A DNA stretch of 64,000 bases from an uncultured Bacteroidales bacterium. GTDB lineage: Bacteria; Bacteroidota; Bacteroidia; Bacteroidales; F082. Below the pieces are notes generated by a model. It was not told where the DNA came from. It saw nothing but the letters and a program-made list of their open reading frames with translations, and did not search any database. The stretch is taken from assembly GCA_946408345.1 (NCBI GenBank), contig CAMJRR010000012.1:1993-65992 (forward strand), read 5' to 3'. A program made the position numbers and the translations under genes. This document shows positions 1-7,979 of this stretch, one piece after another (within the stretch, counting starts at the first letter, position 1; each line of letters opens with the position of its first letter).

Positions 1-295
1 TGTTCCATCCAAACATGTGCCACCAAGAAGTGTATGGACCTTCTATCTTCAGCTCAATCGCTTTGGTTTTCAGCCCCTCTGCGATACGTGACATCCATAC
101 AAGCGTGTAAATAAACGCTGTAGGAATGCCCAAGAGATAAGCCACCCAATATCGTTGCGTTTTGAGTCCAAGGATTTCATCTAACTCATCCTGTAACCCA
201 CCAAAAGGCATATAGAAGAGAAAGAATAACCCAAAGGTGCAGAAGTCGATGCATCCGAGCAAAAATCCTGGTCGATTGGTGCGTTGGTATCTCAT
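1..295 (-). CDS. hypothetical small membrane protein (C-terminal part cut by window edge)
   Basis: Reverse-strand ATG at 293-295, 5 nt downstream of the ATPase gene end. Hand translation MRYQRTNRPGFLLGCIDFCTFGLFFLFYMPFGG... is hydrophobic and stays open to position 1. Confidence 0.45.
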   Translation of the reverse strand, partial: MRYQRTNRPGFLLGCIDFCTFGLFFLFYMPFGGLQDELDEILGLKTQRYWVAYLLGIPTAFIYTLVWMSRIAEGLKTKAIELKIEGPYTSWWHMFGWN

Positions 296-299
296 TTCT

Positions 300-1760
300 T
301 CAAACAAACAGGTCTTCCGCCGTCACTTCTGAATCTACAACTTCTTTGTTTGCCCCATCGGCGACTCCGAAAGTGGTGATGAAAGTGCTAATCAATCCGT
401 AAGAAACCTTCTCCTTCTCCTTGAACAGTTGAATCCTTCTGCGAACATCATCGGCGTATGATTTCTTGATGGCAAAAGGCCCCACACTGAACTTCATTTC
501 GCAAAGGTTGATGTTTCGGTCGCCCCGTTCAATCACGAGGTCAATCTGGGCCTTTTGCCCCTCTTCGTTTTTGGACGGGATATAGCGCCATGACGATGCC
601 GCCGTGGAAATGCCGGAAATTCCAAGACGCTGCCGGATTTGGGCTAGGTGCGTGAAGCAAATCAGCTCAAAAGCATGTCCCTGCCACGACTCGACGCTGT
701 GTGAATTGTAATTGTGAGTCCACCACTGCTCATCCTTGCTGTCGATGGCATCCACAAACTTGTAATAGAACAGGGTATAAAAATCCACAAGCCTGTACAA
801 AGTCCCCCGCGACTTGTTCCCGTACTGCTGGAAAGATATGATGAAGTCACAACGCTCCAAGTTCTTCAGCACTGTGGTCAGACGTTCTCCATCAAGAGAG
901 GTTGCGCCTTGGATTTCAGTATATGTCAAGCCTTCGTGGTTCCTATTCAGGAGACTCACGATCTCCAGATACTTGTCCGCCTTGTTGAATACGGCATTGT
1001 ACAGCTCGTCAAACTCCGTCCTCAGCTCAGCATTCTTGCGGAAGAAAAGACGGTCGATATTGCCGATAAGTGTCTGGCTTGGATCCAATAGACTCAGATA
1101 GAATGGTATGCCACCCATCAACATATATAGTTGCAGAATCTGGTAACGGCTCCAGGGGATGCCCTGGCTCAGCAGATATTCCTCCGTTTCCTTCAGCGTG
1201 AACGGACGGATATAGATATTGTTCGTGATTCGCGCGTGCAAGCCGCCAGGATTGTCAACCAGCTTGTCCATCATCCACGATGAGGCCGACCCACTCGCAA
1301 TCAGCATAATGTCAGACCTTCTTGCTCCCCAGCCGTTCCAAAACGACTCCAATGCTTCCACAAACTCCGACTGCGGTGTATCAATCCAAGGCATTTCATC
1401 GATGAAGATTACCTTCCGCTTCTCTTGCGGTAGCGACTCGATATATTCCTCCAGCGCATCAAATGCGTCTTCCCAAGACGAGAACTTCGGCTGAAGCTGC
1501 ATCCCGGCTGTCTTTTTCAACGCCTTCGCAAACCCTCTAAGTTGCTTCGTTTTGGACAGTTTGTGTCCTCCCACGTATGTGAAGTCATACTTCTTGTCAA
1601 AGAAAGTATCCACCAGAAACGTTTTCCCTACACGACGACGACCATACACGATGACGAACTCAGAGCGATCCGATTCATAGCAGCGTTTCAATTCCGCCAT
1701 CTCTGCCTCGCGGGCAATTATCTTCGTTTTTTTTATATCACTCATATCTTTTGCCTGCAA
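300..1760 (-). CDS. AAA+ ATPase (archaeal-ATPase/DUF234-like) with C-terminal PD-(D/E)xK-like nuclease motif
   Basis: 486-aa ORF. Walker A is GRRRVGKTF and Walker B is VIFIDEMPW. The C-terminal IDLVIERGDRNINLCEMKF matches a D...E-x-K nuclease-fold motif. Confidence 0.85.
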   Translation of the reverse strand: MQAKDMSDIKKTKIIAREAEMAELKRCYESDRSEFVIVYGRRRVGKTFLVDTFFDKKYDFTYVGGHKLSKTKQLRGFAKALKKTAGMQLQPKFSSWEDAFDALEEYIESLPQEKRKVIFIDEMPWIDTPQSEFVEALESFWNGWGARRSDIMLIASGSASSWMMDKLVDNPGGLHARITNNIYIRPFTLKETEEYLLSQGIPWSRYQILQLYMLMGGIPFYLSLLDPSQTLIGNIDRLFFRKNAELRTEFDELYNAVFNKADKYLEIVSLLNRNHEGLTYTEIQGATSLDGERLTTVLKNLERCDFIISFQQYGNKSRGTLYRLVDFYTLFYYKFVDAIDSKDEQWWTHNYNSHSVESWQGHAFELICFTHLAQIRQRLGISGISTAASSWRYIPSKNEEGQKAQIDLVIERGDRNINLCEMKFSVGPFAIKKSYADDVRRRIQLFKEKEKVSYGLISTFITTFGVADGANKEVVDSEVTAEDLFV

Positions 1761-1806
1761 AAATAACTAAAAAATTAACTCATCGCCAAAAAAGTGAGAC
1801 CTTTTT

Positions 1807-1841
1807 GTACTTTATCTCGATTAATTTGTAGGATAAAGTAC
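1807..1841. repeat. 10-bp perfect inverted repeat upstream of the ATPase gene (possible operator)
   Basis: GTACTTTATC (1807-1816) and GATAAAGTAC (1832-1841), 47-81 nt upstream of the reverse-strand start at 1760. Confidence 0.4.
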
Positions 1842-2184
1842 ATTTAGTCTATATTTAAAAAGTCGTAGATGCTGACTATGCTCTTGACCTCTTGAAAGTA
1901 AGCAAGAAATGTCGTTCAAATTTAAAGAATAGGCTGGAGAAATAGTGAATTGAGAATAAAAGATTACAAGATTAGAAACAAAGGTGTCTGTTGGCACCTT
2001 TTTTATGCCCAAAAAACAGTTGAAAGAAAAAAATGAATTTTTTTGAAATTTAGGCGCTCTAAAAACAAGAGGTGTGGGACAAATCATTCCCACACATTTT
2101 CAAGGTTTTAGCATATAAAAGGGGATTTTATCAAGGAATAAAAAAAGTAACATACTGAATTTCAGTAGGTTATCTAGGTGTTTT

Positions 2185-2213
2185 GTGGGACGTACTGGAC
2201 TCGAACCAGTGAC
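2185..2213. repeat. attL core: displaced copy of tRNA-Val 3' end
   Basis: GTGGGACGTACTGGACTCGAACCAGTGAC is identical to 60835-60863. No 5' tRNA half follows it here. Confidence 0.9.
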
Positions 2214-2291
2214 TACCGAGACCAATACCACGACTTCCATCCGTCTGAAATTCAGCCTGTTGTTATTCCTATTTTCTTCGTTTTTCCATGG

Positions 2292-2318
2292 TTTTGCGCC
2301 GTTTTTGCGCCGATTTTT
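2292..2318 (+). promoter_or_regulatory. tandem TTTTGCGCCG(A)TTTT motifs, candidate arm-type recombinase binding sites (left arm)
   Basis: TTTTGCGCCGTTTTTGCGCCGATTTTT lies ~80-105 bp inside attL. The same motif is duplicated at 60768-60793. Confidence 0.5.
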
Positions 2319-2378
2319 CATGGGCGCAATGATAGCGCATATATCTGTTAATCAGTTATTTTCGGTGGATTGTTTGTG

Positions 2379-2717
2379 TCAATTTTGTGGCGGTTTTGAT
2401 GCTACGAAAACAGGGTCTATTCCTCGCATGAAGTCCAGCAAAGCAAGCAGCCTCTTTTCGTACTCGTTGAACAATGACTTGCTGAAGCCTTTCTCATTCG
2501 CTATGGGGTTGGTTTGGTCATCATACAGCCAACACTCATTCGGCCTAATGCAATCAGGCCTGTCAGATGCTATTGATAAAAGCAGTTTGTCTTTGTCAAA
2601 CCGCTTTGGCAGATAGCCCTCGAAAATCTTTTCATATTGACGATTATAGACTTCTATCGTTTTCTCATTAAAAGCCACTTTATAAGGAAAACATTGCCTG
2701 AAAAAGTGATTGTCCAT
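2379..2717 (-). CDS. hypothetical protein (lysogeny-module cargo)
   Basis: 112-aa ORF, last gene of the reverse-strand repressor operon. It looks AT-rich and has no recognisable motif. Confidence 0.6.
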   Translation of the reverse strand: MDNHFFRQCFPYKVAFNEKTIEVYNRQYEKIFEGYLPKRFDKDKLLLSIASDRPDCIRPNECWLYDDQTNPIANEKGFSKSLFNEYEKRLLALLDFMRGIDPVFVASKPPQN

Positions 2718-2728
2718 ATTTTGTGTTT

Positions 2729-3157
2729 TTATAAATCCCTTACCATTTTGGAATGTTCAATGTCTTTCTCGTGTATCATCAGTTTTAGCCCTTTGTATGG
2801 GCAGACCCATTGATTATCTTTTATAAGTTTCCGTTTTACTAACTCTCTATAGGCAAGTAGAAACTTTCCCAAGGTTTTTTTGGGCGAATCAGAAGCGACA
2901 AGGAATAGATAATTTTTGGTTGACAAGCCATTTTCTATCCTACGACCATATATGGCTATGTATGAATCAGGAAAGGATATTTCGTGGTCGGTACGAATCA
3001 CGAAGGGCATGTAAGTGTATTCTCCCTTGTCCTCGATGTAATTAGGAAGACTGTCTATTCCATCAAGCAATTGTTGTGAATCCAGGTCTATCTTTGCGTT
3101 TTGCAAACCTTGATTGATTTCTTTTTCCAAATCTTTTTTGCTCATGGTGTTATTCAT
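2729..3157 (-). CDS. hypothetical protein (lysogeny-module cargo)
   Basis: 142-aa ORF whose start overlaps the repressor gene stop by 4 nt (3154-3157). No recognisable motif. Confidence 0.65.
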   Translation of the reverse strand: MNNTMSKKDLEKEINQGLQNAKIDLDSQQLLDGIDSLPNYIEDKGEYTYMPFVIRTDHEISFPDSYIAIYGRRIENGLSTKNYLFLVASDSPKKTLGKFLLAYRELVKRKLIKDNQWVCPYKGLKLMIHEKDIEHSKMVRDL

Positions 3158-3507
3158 TTCAGTTTATTCTGTTCGATGATTTTCAAGAGTCTATCAATCT
3201 GCTTGTCTTTTTCCTTCAGTTGTTCCCTCAAAGCCTTAATAGCCTCGTTAGAGTTTTGTGTGTTTCCACCGCTAATGTGAGAGGCATAGTTGCCATTTCC
3301 AAAAGATGAAGTTTCTTCTTCCCAACCATAAAACTCATTTGGGGAAATACCAATGAACTCACAAAGAAGGGGAACTTTAGAAAAACTCATAGTTCCATCT
3401 TCATAAGCTATTTTCCAACTGTTTTCTGCATAACCGGCAATTTTTGCAGCATCTTTTACCTTCTTTTTGTTTCTTTGAATAATTGATTTTAATTCATTGT
3501 AATTCAT
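3154..3507 (-). CDS. CI-like HTH transcriptional repressor
   Basis: 117 aa. N-terminal HTH-like segment is KVKDAAKIAGYAENSWKIAYEDGTMSFSKVPLLCEFIGISPNEFY. The C-terminal part looks coiled-coil. It is divergent from the early operon. Confidence 0.7.
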   Translation of the reverse strand: MNYNELKSIIQRNKKKVKDAAKIAGYAENSWKIAYEDGTMSFSKVPLLCEFIGISPNEFYGWEEETSSFGNGNYASHISGGNTQNSNEAIKALREQLKEKDKQIDRLLKIIEQNKLK

Positions 3508-3532
3508 ATAGATAAAAATTTTGTTGAAAAAA

Positions 3533-3570
3533 TTTCCAAAGATTTATCTTTGTTTCCAAAGATTTATCTT
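3533..3570. repeat. two 18-bp direct repeats in the immunity switch region (candidate operators)
   Basis: TTTCCAAAGATTTATCTT occurs at 3533-3550 and 3553-3570. The second copy abuts the rightward -7 box. Confidence 0.6.
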
Positions 3571-3577
3571 ACTTTTG
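3570..3577 (+). promoter_or_regulatory. Bacteroidota -7 promoter box (TAnnTTTG) for the early rightward operon
   Basis: TACTTTTG, 45 nt upstream of ATG 3622. Confidence 0.55.
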
Positions 3578-3613
3578 CAGACGAAAATACAGACGAAAAT
3601 ACAAATAAAAATC
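3578..3613 (+). repeat. 12-nt A-rich tandem repeat in the early-operon leader
   Basis: CAGACGAAAATA occurs twice (3578-3601), followed by a degenerate CAAATAAAAATC. Confidence 0.7.
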
Positions 3614-3621
3614 TTAAAGCG

Positions 3622-3843
3622 ATGAAAAAAGTGAAACTAAGAGCATTTTGGGAGTCACAGCAAGTGGCAACCAGGAACAAAATTCTTCTTGAAGTGGCTG
3701 ACAAATGCCACAACTCAATTCAAACCGTAAGGGCGTGGATGCTTGAGTATCGCAAGCCGCAAGGCCTTTATCGTGATGCCTTGGCAGAGTACCTCAAAGA
3801 AAACTTCCAAGTCGAAATCATCGAGGAAGGAGGTGCGGAATGA
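3622..3843 (+). CDS. Cro-like small HTH protein
   Basis: 73 aa, first gene of the rightward operon. HTH-like segment is NKILLEVADKCHNSIQTVRAWMLEY. The ORF is open from 3550, but ATG 3622 lies downstream of the promoter box. Confidence 0.6.
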   Translation: MKKVKLRAFWESQQVATRNKILLEVADKCHNSIQTVRAWMLEYRKPQGLYRDALAEYLKENFQVEIIEEGGAE

Positions 3844-4043
3844 ACAAGAATATTGAGGCTTTTGTCCAAAGCATAACAGAGTGCGGCGGCGACCAGTCGT
3901 ATGCCGTTGAGTTAGCGGTCGCCCTCGCTCAATCCGAGTTGGAGTCGAGGATAATACACGCCAAAACGGAATTTTCCAATGAATTGTCGAAGATGAGCTG
4001 CTGGGAGTTGCGGCAAATCATCGAGGAAGGAGGCAACCAATGA
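3840..4043 (+). CDS. hypothetical early protein
   Basis: 67 aa. GGAGG-N6-ATGA junction with the upstream gene. Confidence 0.6.
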   Translation: MNKNIEAFVQSITECGGDQSYAVELAVALAQSELESRIIHAKTEFSNELSKMSCWELRQIIEEGGNQ

Positions 4044-4156
4044 GCCGTAACTACAACCTCGATTGGGATGACTATGCCGCCATCGACGCATGGGGCGAAG
4101 GCGCTGCCGACACCTATGCCGTCGATTTCAACGGATGCTGGTACAAAAACGAATGA
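4040..4156 (+). CDS. hypothetical small early protein (38 aa)
   Basis: Hand-translated MSRNYNLDWDDYAAIDAWGEGAADTYAVDFNGCWYKNE. GGAGG-N6-ATGA junction. Confidence 0.45.
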   Translation: MSRNYNLDWDDYAAIDAWGEGAADTYAVDFNGCWYKNE

Positions 4157-4229
4157 GGTTCGGCAAAACCATAAACCGCCACACCTCTACCGAGAGTCTT
4201 CGCATTGCCCCTCGGCATGTGTGGCAAAA

Positions 4230-4305
4230 GGGTTGGTAATGGAGCAGACAGGAACTTTCTATACCATATTAACCTAGTCTGGCGGTTCGATTCCGCTCCA
4301 ACCCA
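4230..4305 (+). ncRNA. tRNA-like element, non-canonical (no assignable anticodon arm)
   Basis: 76 nt. Perfect 7-bp acceptor (GGGTTGG/CCAACCC), U8, A14 and a canonical T arm (GGCGG-TTCGATT-CCGCT). The interior instead forms ATGG/CCAT around a 21-nt loop. Confidence 0.5.
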
Positions 4306-4331
4306 CACTCTAACTCAAAATCAACAACACT

Positions 4332-4715
4332 ATGGACGAATACAAATTCAAACCCTTGGAAGACTGGCTCAAGGAAGTCAGACAAGACGACTGCGACAGC
4401 TTCGTTGCCATTGCGGTCAACAAAGACCACAAGCTCTGCGCCTCGGTGCAAACCGATTATAATGATATGGTGCTCATGCTGATGACAGCCTGCCACAAGA
4501 ACCCACCATTCGCAACAGCCATCATGACCGTGGCAACATTGCTATCCAAAGAGGCCAAACAAGGTTGCCACAACTGCCAGCACGCGGGCCTCTTAGGCGG
4601 CAACGAGAAAAACCCCGTGGCCGTGGCCCACTGCATCATCCACAAAAAGAACCACCGCCTGCCTCACGGCTGCGACGACTGGAAAAAACGCGAAGAGAAA
4701 GGAGACCAGCAATGA
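4332..4715 (+). CDS. hypothetical early protein, Cys/His-rich C-terminus
   Basis: 127-aa ORF. CHNCQH...HCIIHKKNHRLPHGC. Confidence 0.65.
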   Translation: MDEYKFKPLEDWLKEVRQDDCDSFVAIAVNKDHKLCASVQTDYNDMVLMLMTACHKNPPFATAIMTVATLLSKEAKQGCHNCQHAGLLGGNEKNPVAVAHCIIHKKNHRLPHGCDDWKKREEKGDQQ

Positions 4716-5026
4716 GCTATATCGGAGAATCAAGGCCTACCTACAAAAGCCCTTGTGAATTGGTCTTGTGCTTGAATGAATCAGATTGCAAGTTGCTCTT
4801 GAAAGCGGCAGAAAAGATTGCCATCCGTGCCCAAAAGAATTACGAGAAGTGGAGAGATATTCAAGATGGTGGCGAAATGACAGCACGGCAAGAAACCATT
4901 CTCATAAAAGCAGATGAAGCAAGGGAAAATGCCGACGCCTTGGTTGGCAATATCAAAGCTTTCCTCGCACAGGAAGCGCGATGGGAAGAACATGCAAAGC
5001 AGATTATGAAAGGAGGCCAGCAATGA
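4712..5026 (+). CDS. hypothetical early protein
   Basis: 104 aa from ATG 4712. GGAGA-N6-ATGA junction. Confidence 0.6.
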   Translation: MSYIGESRPTYKSPCELVLCLNESDCKLLLKAAEKIAIRAQKNYEKWRDIQDGGEMTARQETILIKADEARENADALVGNIKAFLAQEARWEEHAKQIMKGGQQ

Positions 5027-5589
5027 AAGGCGTGTGCAAAATATGCGGCTGCACGATGAAAAACCCGTGCTTCAGCCACAAATACGGCTTCTGCTGGTGG
5101 CCGACATTCGAGGAGGATATCTGCTCCCATTGCGCAAATCCAGAAATCAAGGATGATCCAAACGTCATCCATTGCGTCCACGGCATGGAGTTTCCCGTCC
5201 TGAGCGTCCACCAGCCCTACGCGCAGATGCTCGTGGAAGGGAAGAAGCCCTACGAATTCCGTGGATGGAAGCTGCCTGAGCGTTATGTCGGCCAACGGAT
5301 ATTCATCCACGCCACCAAGACGCTGGAAACCACCTACGACGAAGTGTTTGCCTGCGGCAACAAAGACGCTTTCGATGAATGCTGGAAAAAGGCCTTCAAC
5401 TATAATCTCCACACGATGATCATCGGCTCGGTCGTATTCGGCAAAACCATCGAGCCTCTGATAGACGTAGTGAATTTTGACGGCCAACCGGTGAAGGTCT
5501 ATAGATGGCCTGTGCAGGATCCTGTCAAACTTGACTACCCGCTGGAGTCCATCCCCGGCAAACAAGGCATTTGGAAAATAAGTTTTTGA
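5023..5589 (+). CDS. ASCH (PUA-like) domain protein with N-terminal Cys-rich region
   Basis: 188 aa. PVLSVHQPYAQMLVEGKKPYEFRGW resembles the ASCH signature. GGAGG-N6-ATGA junction. Confidence 0.6.
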   Translation: MKGVCKICGCTMKNPCFSHKYGFCWWPTFEEDICSHCANPEIKDDPNVIHCVHGMEFPVLSVHQPYAQMLVEGKKPYEFRGWKLPERYVGQRIFIHATKTLETTYDEVFACGNKDAFDECWKKAFNYNLHTMIIGSVVFGKTIEPLIDVVNFDGQPVKVYRWPVQDPVKLDYPLESIPGKQGIWKISF

Positions 5590-5780
5590 TTTCAAAATGC
5601 GTGACCAATGGACGAACACAGAGAATTGATTGGCTGTGATAGGTTGCACTTCATTTGGGTGTCTTGTGATACCACCTGCTATATGCTTAAATGCGATAAA
5701 ACAGGTTGCACCAATTACGCCATCTGCCCTTACAACACCAAAATGAATATGCCAAGTAACAATGAAAGGAGAAAAAAACA

Positions 5781-6038
5781 ATGAAATTCAACCTCGCCAA
5801 AGCTGCCACCTACGCCCGTACGACCATCGACGGAGTGACATACCGCTATGGATGGTACGAAAGCGGTCGCGCCTTCATCGCCAAAGAAGACGAACTGCTG
5901 ACCTACAAAGAAGCCTACAAGACCTTCGTGCCAAAAAACTGCTTCAATATGTATGACTATTTCTTTGATGGCCTCAGCAAATACAAAAAGACCATCGACG
6001 GCATCGTCCGCTACCTCATCGACAAATACAACAGCTAA
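5781..6038 (+). CDS. hypothetical early protein
   Basis: 85-aa ORF, co-directional with its neighbours. Confidence 0.6.
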   Translation: MKFNLAKAATYARTTIDGVTYRYGWYESGRAFIAKEDELLTYKEAYKTFVPKNCFNMYDYFFDGLSKYKKTIDGIVRYLIDKYNS

Positions 6039-6051
6039 AATTGAAACAACC

Positions 6052-6198
6052 ATGTCAAGAAAGACTTATTACATTCCTGAGCAATGCCGAGGCTGTCATA
6101 ACATCGAATCGGAATTAGTTGGCATTAACCCTAAAAGGGTAGTCTACTTTTGCTCAAATCATAATTGCCCCAACTATATTCCCCGCGAAGAAAGATGA
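6052..6198 (+). CDS. small zinc-ribbon-like protein
   Basis: 48 aa from ATG 6052. CRGC...CSNHNC forms two Cys pairs. Confidence 0.5.
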   Translation: MSRKTYYIPEQCRGCHNIESELVGINPKRVVYFCSNHNCPNYIPREER

Positions 6199-6353
6199 CC
6201 AAGCAGCAGAAATACAGCATCGTGATGGACATGCAAAACCGCTACAGCGTGGTATTGCGCGGTACCAGCATTGCAGTCTACCGAAGCGAGAACCACGGCC
6301 AAGCCGGTCTTGAAGACTGTCAGGACTGGCTGGCCAAACAGCCGGAGGAATGA
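6195..6353 (+). CDS. hypothetical small early protein
   Basis: 52 aa from ATG 6195, which overlaps the upstream stop. Confidence 0.5.
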   Translation: MTKQQKYSIVMDMQNRYSVVLRGTSIAVYRSENHGQAGLEDCQDWLAKQPEE

Positions 6354-6368
6354 CCCATAGAAAACACC

Positions 6369-6578
6369 TTGTTCGACATAGAGGAATACACCGACCCCGA
6401 AGTGCGCCGCATCATGCAGGGCAACACCTGCCGCCATTGCGCCAACCGCAAAACGATCAGGCAAGGCCAAAGCCGCCTGTCGGTTTGCCTGGCCCACAAA
6501 AGCGGCCGAACCAAGAGCGGCTATCTCCGCGTCCGCGTCGACCAACCTGCTTGCATCTTATACACAATCGAAAAATAA
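6369..6578 (+). CDS. hypothetical small protein (start uncertain)
   Basis: The ORF begins at TTG 6369 and the first in-frame ATG is 6414. CRHC...C motif. Confidence 0.45.
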   Translation: MFDIEEYTDPEVRRIMQGNTCRHCANRKTIRQGQSRLSVCLAHKSGRTKSGYLRVRVDQPACILYTIEK

Positions 6579-6587
6579 AACAAAGCA

Positions 6588-7058
6588 ATGAACCCGCTGA
6601 ACTACATCATCAAAATCAACCTGTACGGGAAGGGCGATACAGAACACCAAGTGGATAAGGTAGTTTACTATCGCTATGACTTCCCTTACATGATGATATA
6701 TCGCTGGCGGTGGTACTTTGAATACATTGCCGCCTTGGTCAAAGTGCATTATCCTCATCGTAAAGTTGAATTGATAATTGATCAAAATAGCGAAGGCTAT
6801 CTTGCTGGTCAGGACTACATAGAAAAAAAGACGAAGAGTCTTTTGACTTCTCTTCGCTCACAACTGACCAGGCTGGAAAACGGTGTCGTACAAGACGACC
6901 TTTTCGGCACGGTGTCCGAGAAAAACGAGGCGAAAAAAGAGAGGATCCGCAAAGAAATCGCAGACCTTGAAAGCGGTGTCTTTACGAGGTGGGTCCCTGA
7001 CACTTACAAAAACATAATCAAAGAAGTATTAAACAACTCAAAATCAATAAGACAATGA
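6588..7058 (+). CDS. hypothetical early protein
   Basis: 156-aa ORF. Confidence 0.65.
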   Translation: MNPLNYIIKINLYGKGDTEHQVDKVVYYRYDFPYMMIYRWRWYFEYIAALVKVHYPHRKVELIIDQNSEGYLAGQDYIEKKTKSLLTSLRSQLTRLENGVVQDDLFGTVSEKNEAKKERIRKEIADLESGVFTRWVPDTYKNIIKEVLNNSKSIRQ

Positions 7059-7438
7059 ACATTTACAATGAAATCAAGAAAAACGTTCCAGATTTGGAAC
7101 AAGCAAAACTGAACTACTCCTACATCATGAGCCGTGGAGAGGCACAGGAAAAAGTAGAGAATCTAGAAAAGCAACTCGGCGGGTTGGCCGTCTATTACGA
7201 ATTGACAGGCAAACGCCTGACAATATACTATTCTCCAGCATTGGGTAAGGAATGGGAAGGAAATATCGTCGGCAAGAAGATCCGTCTCGCCCGCACCAGC
7301 ATGGTTGGTGAGGTAACGAGCGAAAAGCCTTATTTCATCAGTGGCTCAAGATGTGTCCGTTGTCAGTTCGGCAAAGACAACGACGCTTATGACATTACAA
7401 ACCTTGAATCAGTAAAAACAGAAGGAGGTAAGAAATGA
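7055..7438 (+). CDS. hypothetical early protein
   Basis: 127-aa ORF. ATGA overlap with the upstream gene. Confidence 0.65.
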   Translation: MNIYNEIKKNVPDLEQAKLNYSYIMSRGEAQEKVENLEKQLGGLAVYYELTGKRLTIYYSPALGKEWEGNIVGKKIRLARTSMVGEVTSEKPYFISGSRCVRCQFGKDNDAYDITNLESVKTEGGKK

Positions 7439-7695
7439 TGTATTACGAAGCACAAGAACTGGCATGTGCCATCCTCGGTCTCAACTATGACGACCTTGCG
7501 GATGAAGGCAGAGAAAACGAAATCGATGAAGCTTTATACGTGAAGTTTGGAATTGATATGGAGCAATTCGTCAAAATCGTTGAAGCATTGCTGCCGTTCA
7601 CACCTGTCGTGCAGGCTGGATTAACCGGCAATAAATACCACGCTTTCGTCAACGAAAAGGAAAGCCTGATGATTGTAAAACAAAGCGCAGAATAG
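7435..7695 (+). CDS. hypothetical early protein
   Basis: 86 aa. GGAGG-N6-ATGA junction. Confidence 0.6.
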   Translation: MMYYEAQELACAILGLNYDDLADEGRENEIDEALYVKFGIDMEQFVKIVEALLPFTPVVQAGLTGNKYHAFVNEKESLMIVKQSAE

Positions 7696-7706
7696 GAGAA
7701 CGAGTA

Positions 7707-7967
7707 ATGGAAATCACACCGAGATTTAGATTTGTAGAAGGTAGCTTTGACACCCTGACAAACAAGATGCTTGTCATAGGAAGCGACAATCACGGTACCG
7801 TGGAATTGTGCTTCAAAGAAGAAGATTGTGGATGGAACATTCCTTTTGCAGAAATCAAATTGTATGACAGCGGATTATACAAGGATTTCGCTGCAACATA
7901 CAATGATGCAAAGAAATTGGGCGAGGAAATATCCCGAAGATGGAATGAATGTCCGAATAAACAATAA
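7707..7967 (+). CDS. hypothetical early protein
   Basis: 86-aa ORF. Confidence 0.6.
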   Translation: MEITPRFRFVEGSFDTLTNKMLVIGSDNHGTVELCFKEEDCGWNIPFAEIKLYDSGLYKDFAATYNDAKKLGEEISRRWNECPNKQ

Positions 7968-7979
7968 AGGAGGCGAGAA

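Noticed and set aside
4230-4305. Amber-suppressor tRNA / stop-codon recoding by the phage
   Set aside because: The loop contains TTCTATA, which could hold a CUA anticodon, but no flanking 5-bp stem can be formed. All large phage ORFs, up to 2192 codons, are intact under the standard bacterial code.
6350-6658. 102-aa forward ORF starting at GGAGGAATGA
   Set aside because: It is extremely R/P/H-rich and overlaps two better ORFs (6369-6578 and 6588-7058) out of frame. Its SD spacing (2 nt) does not match the N6 rule seen at real junctions.
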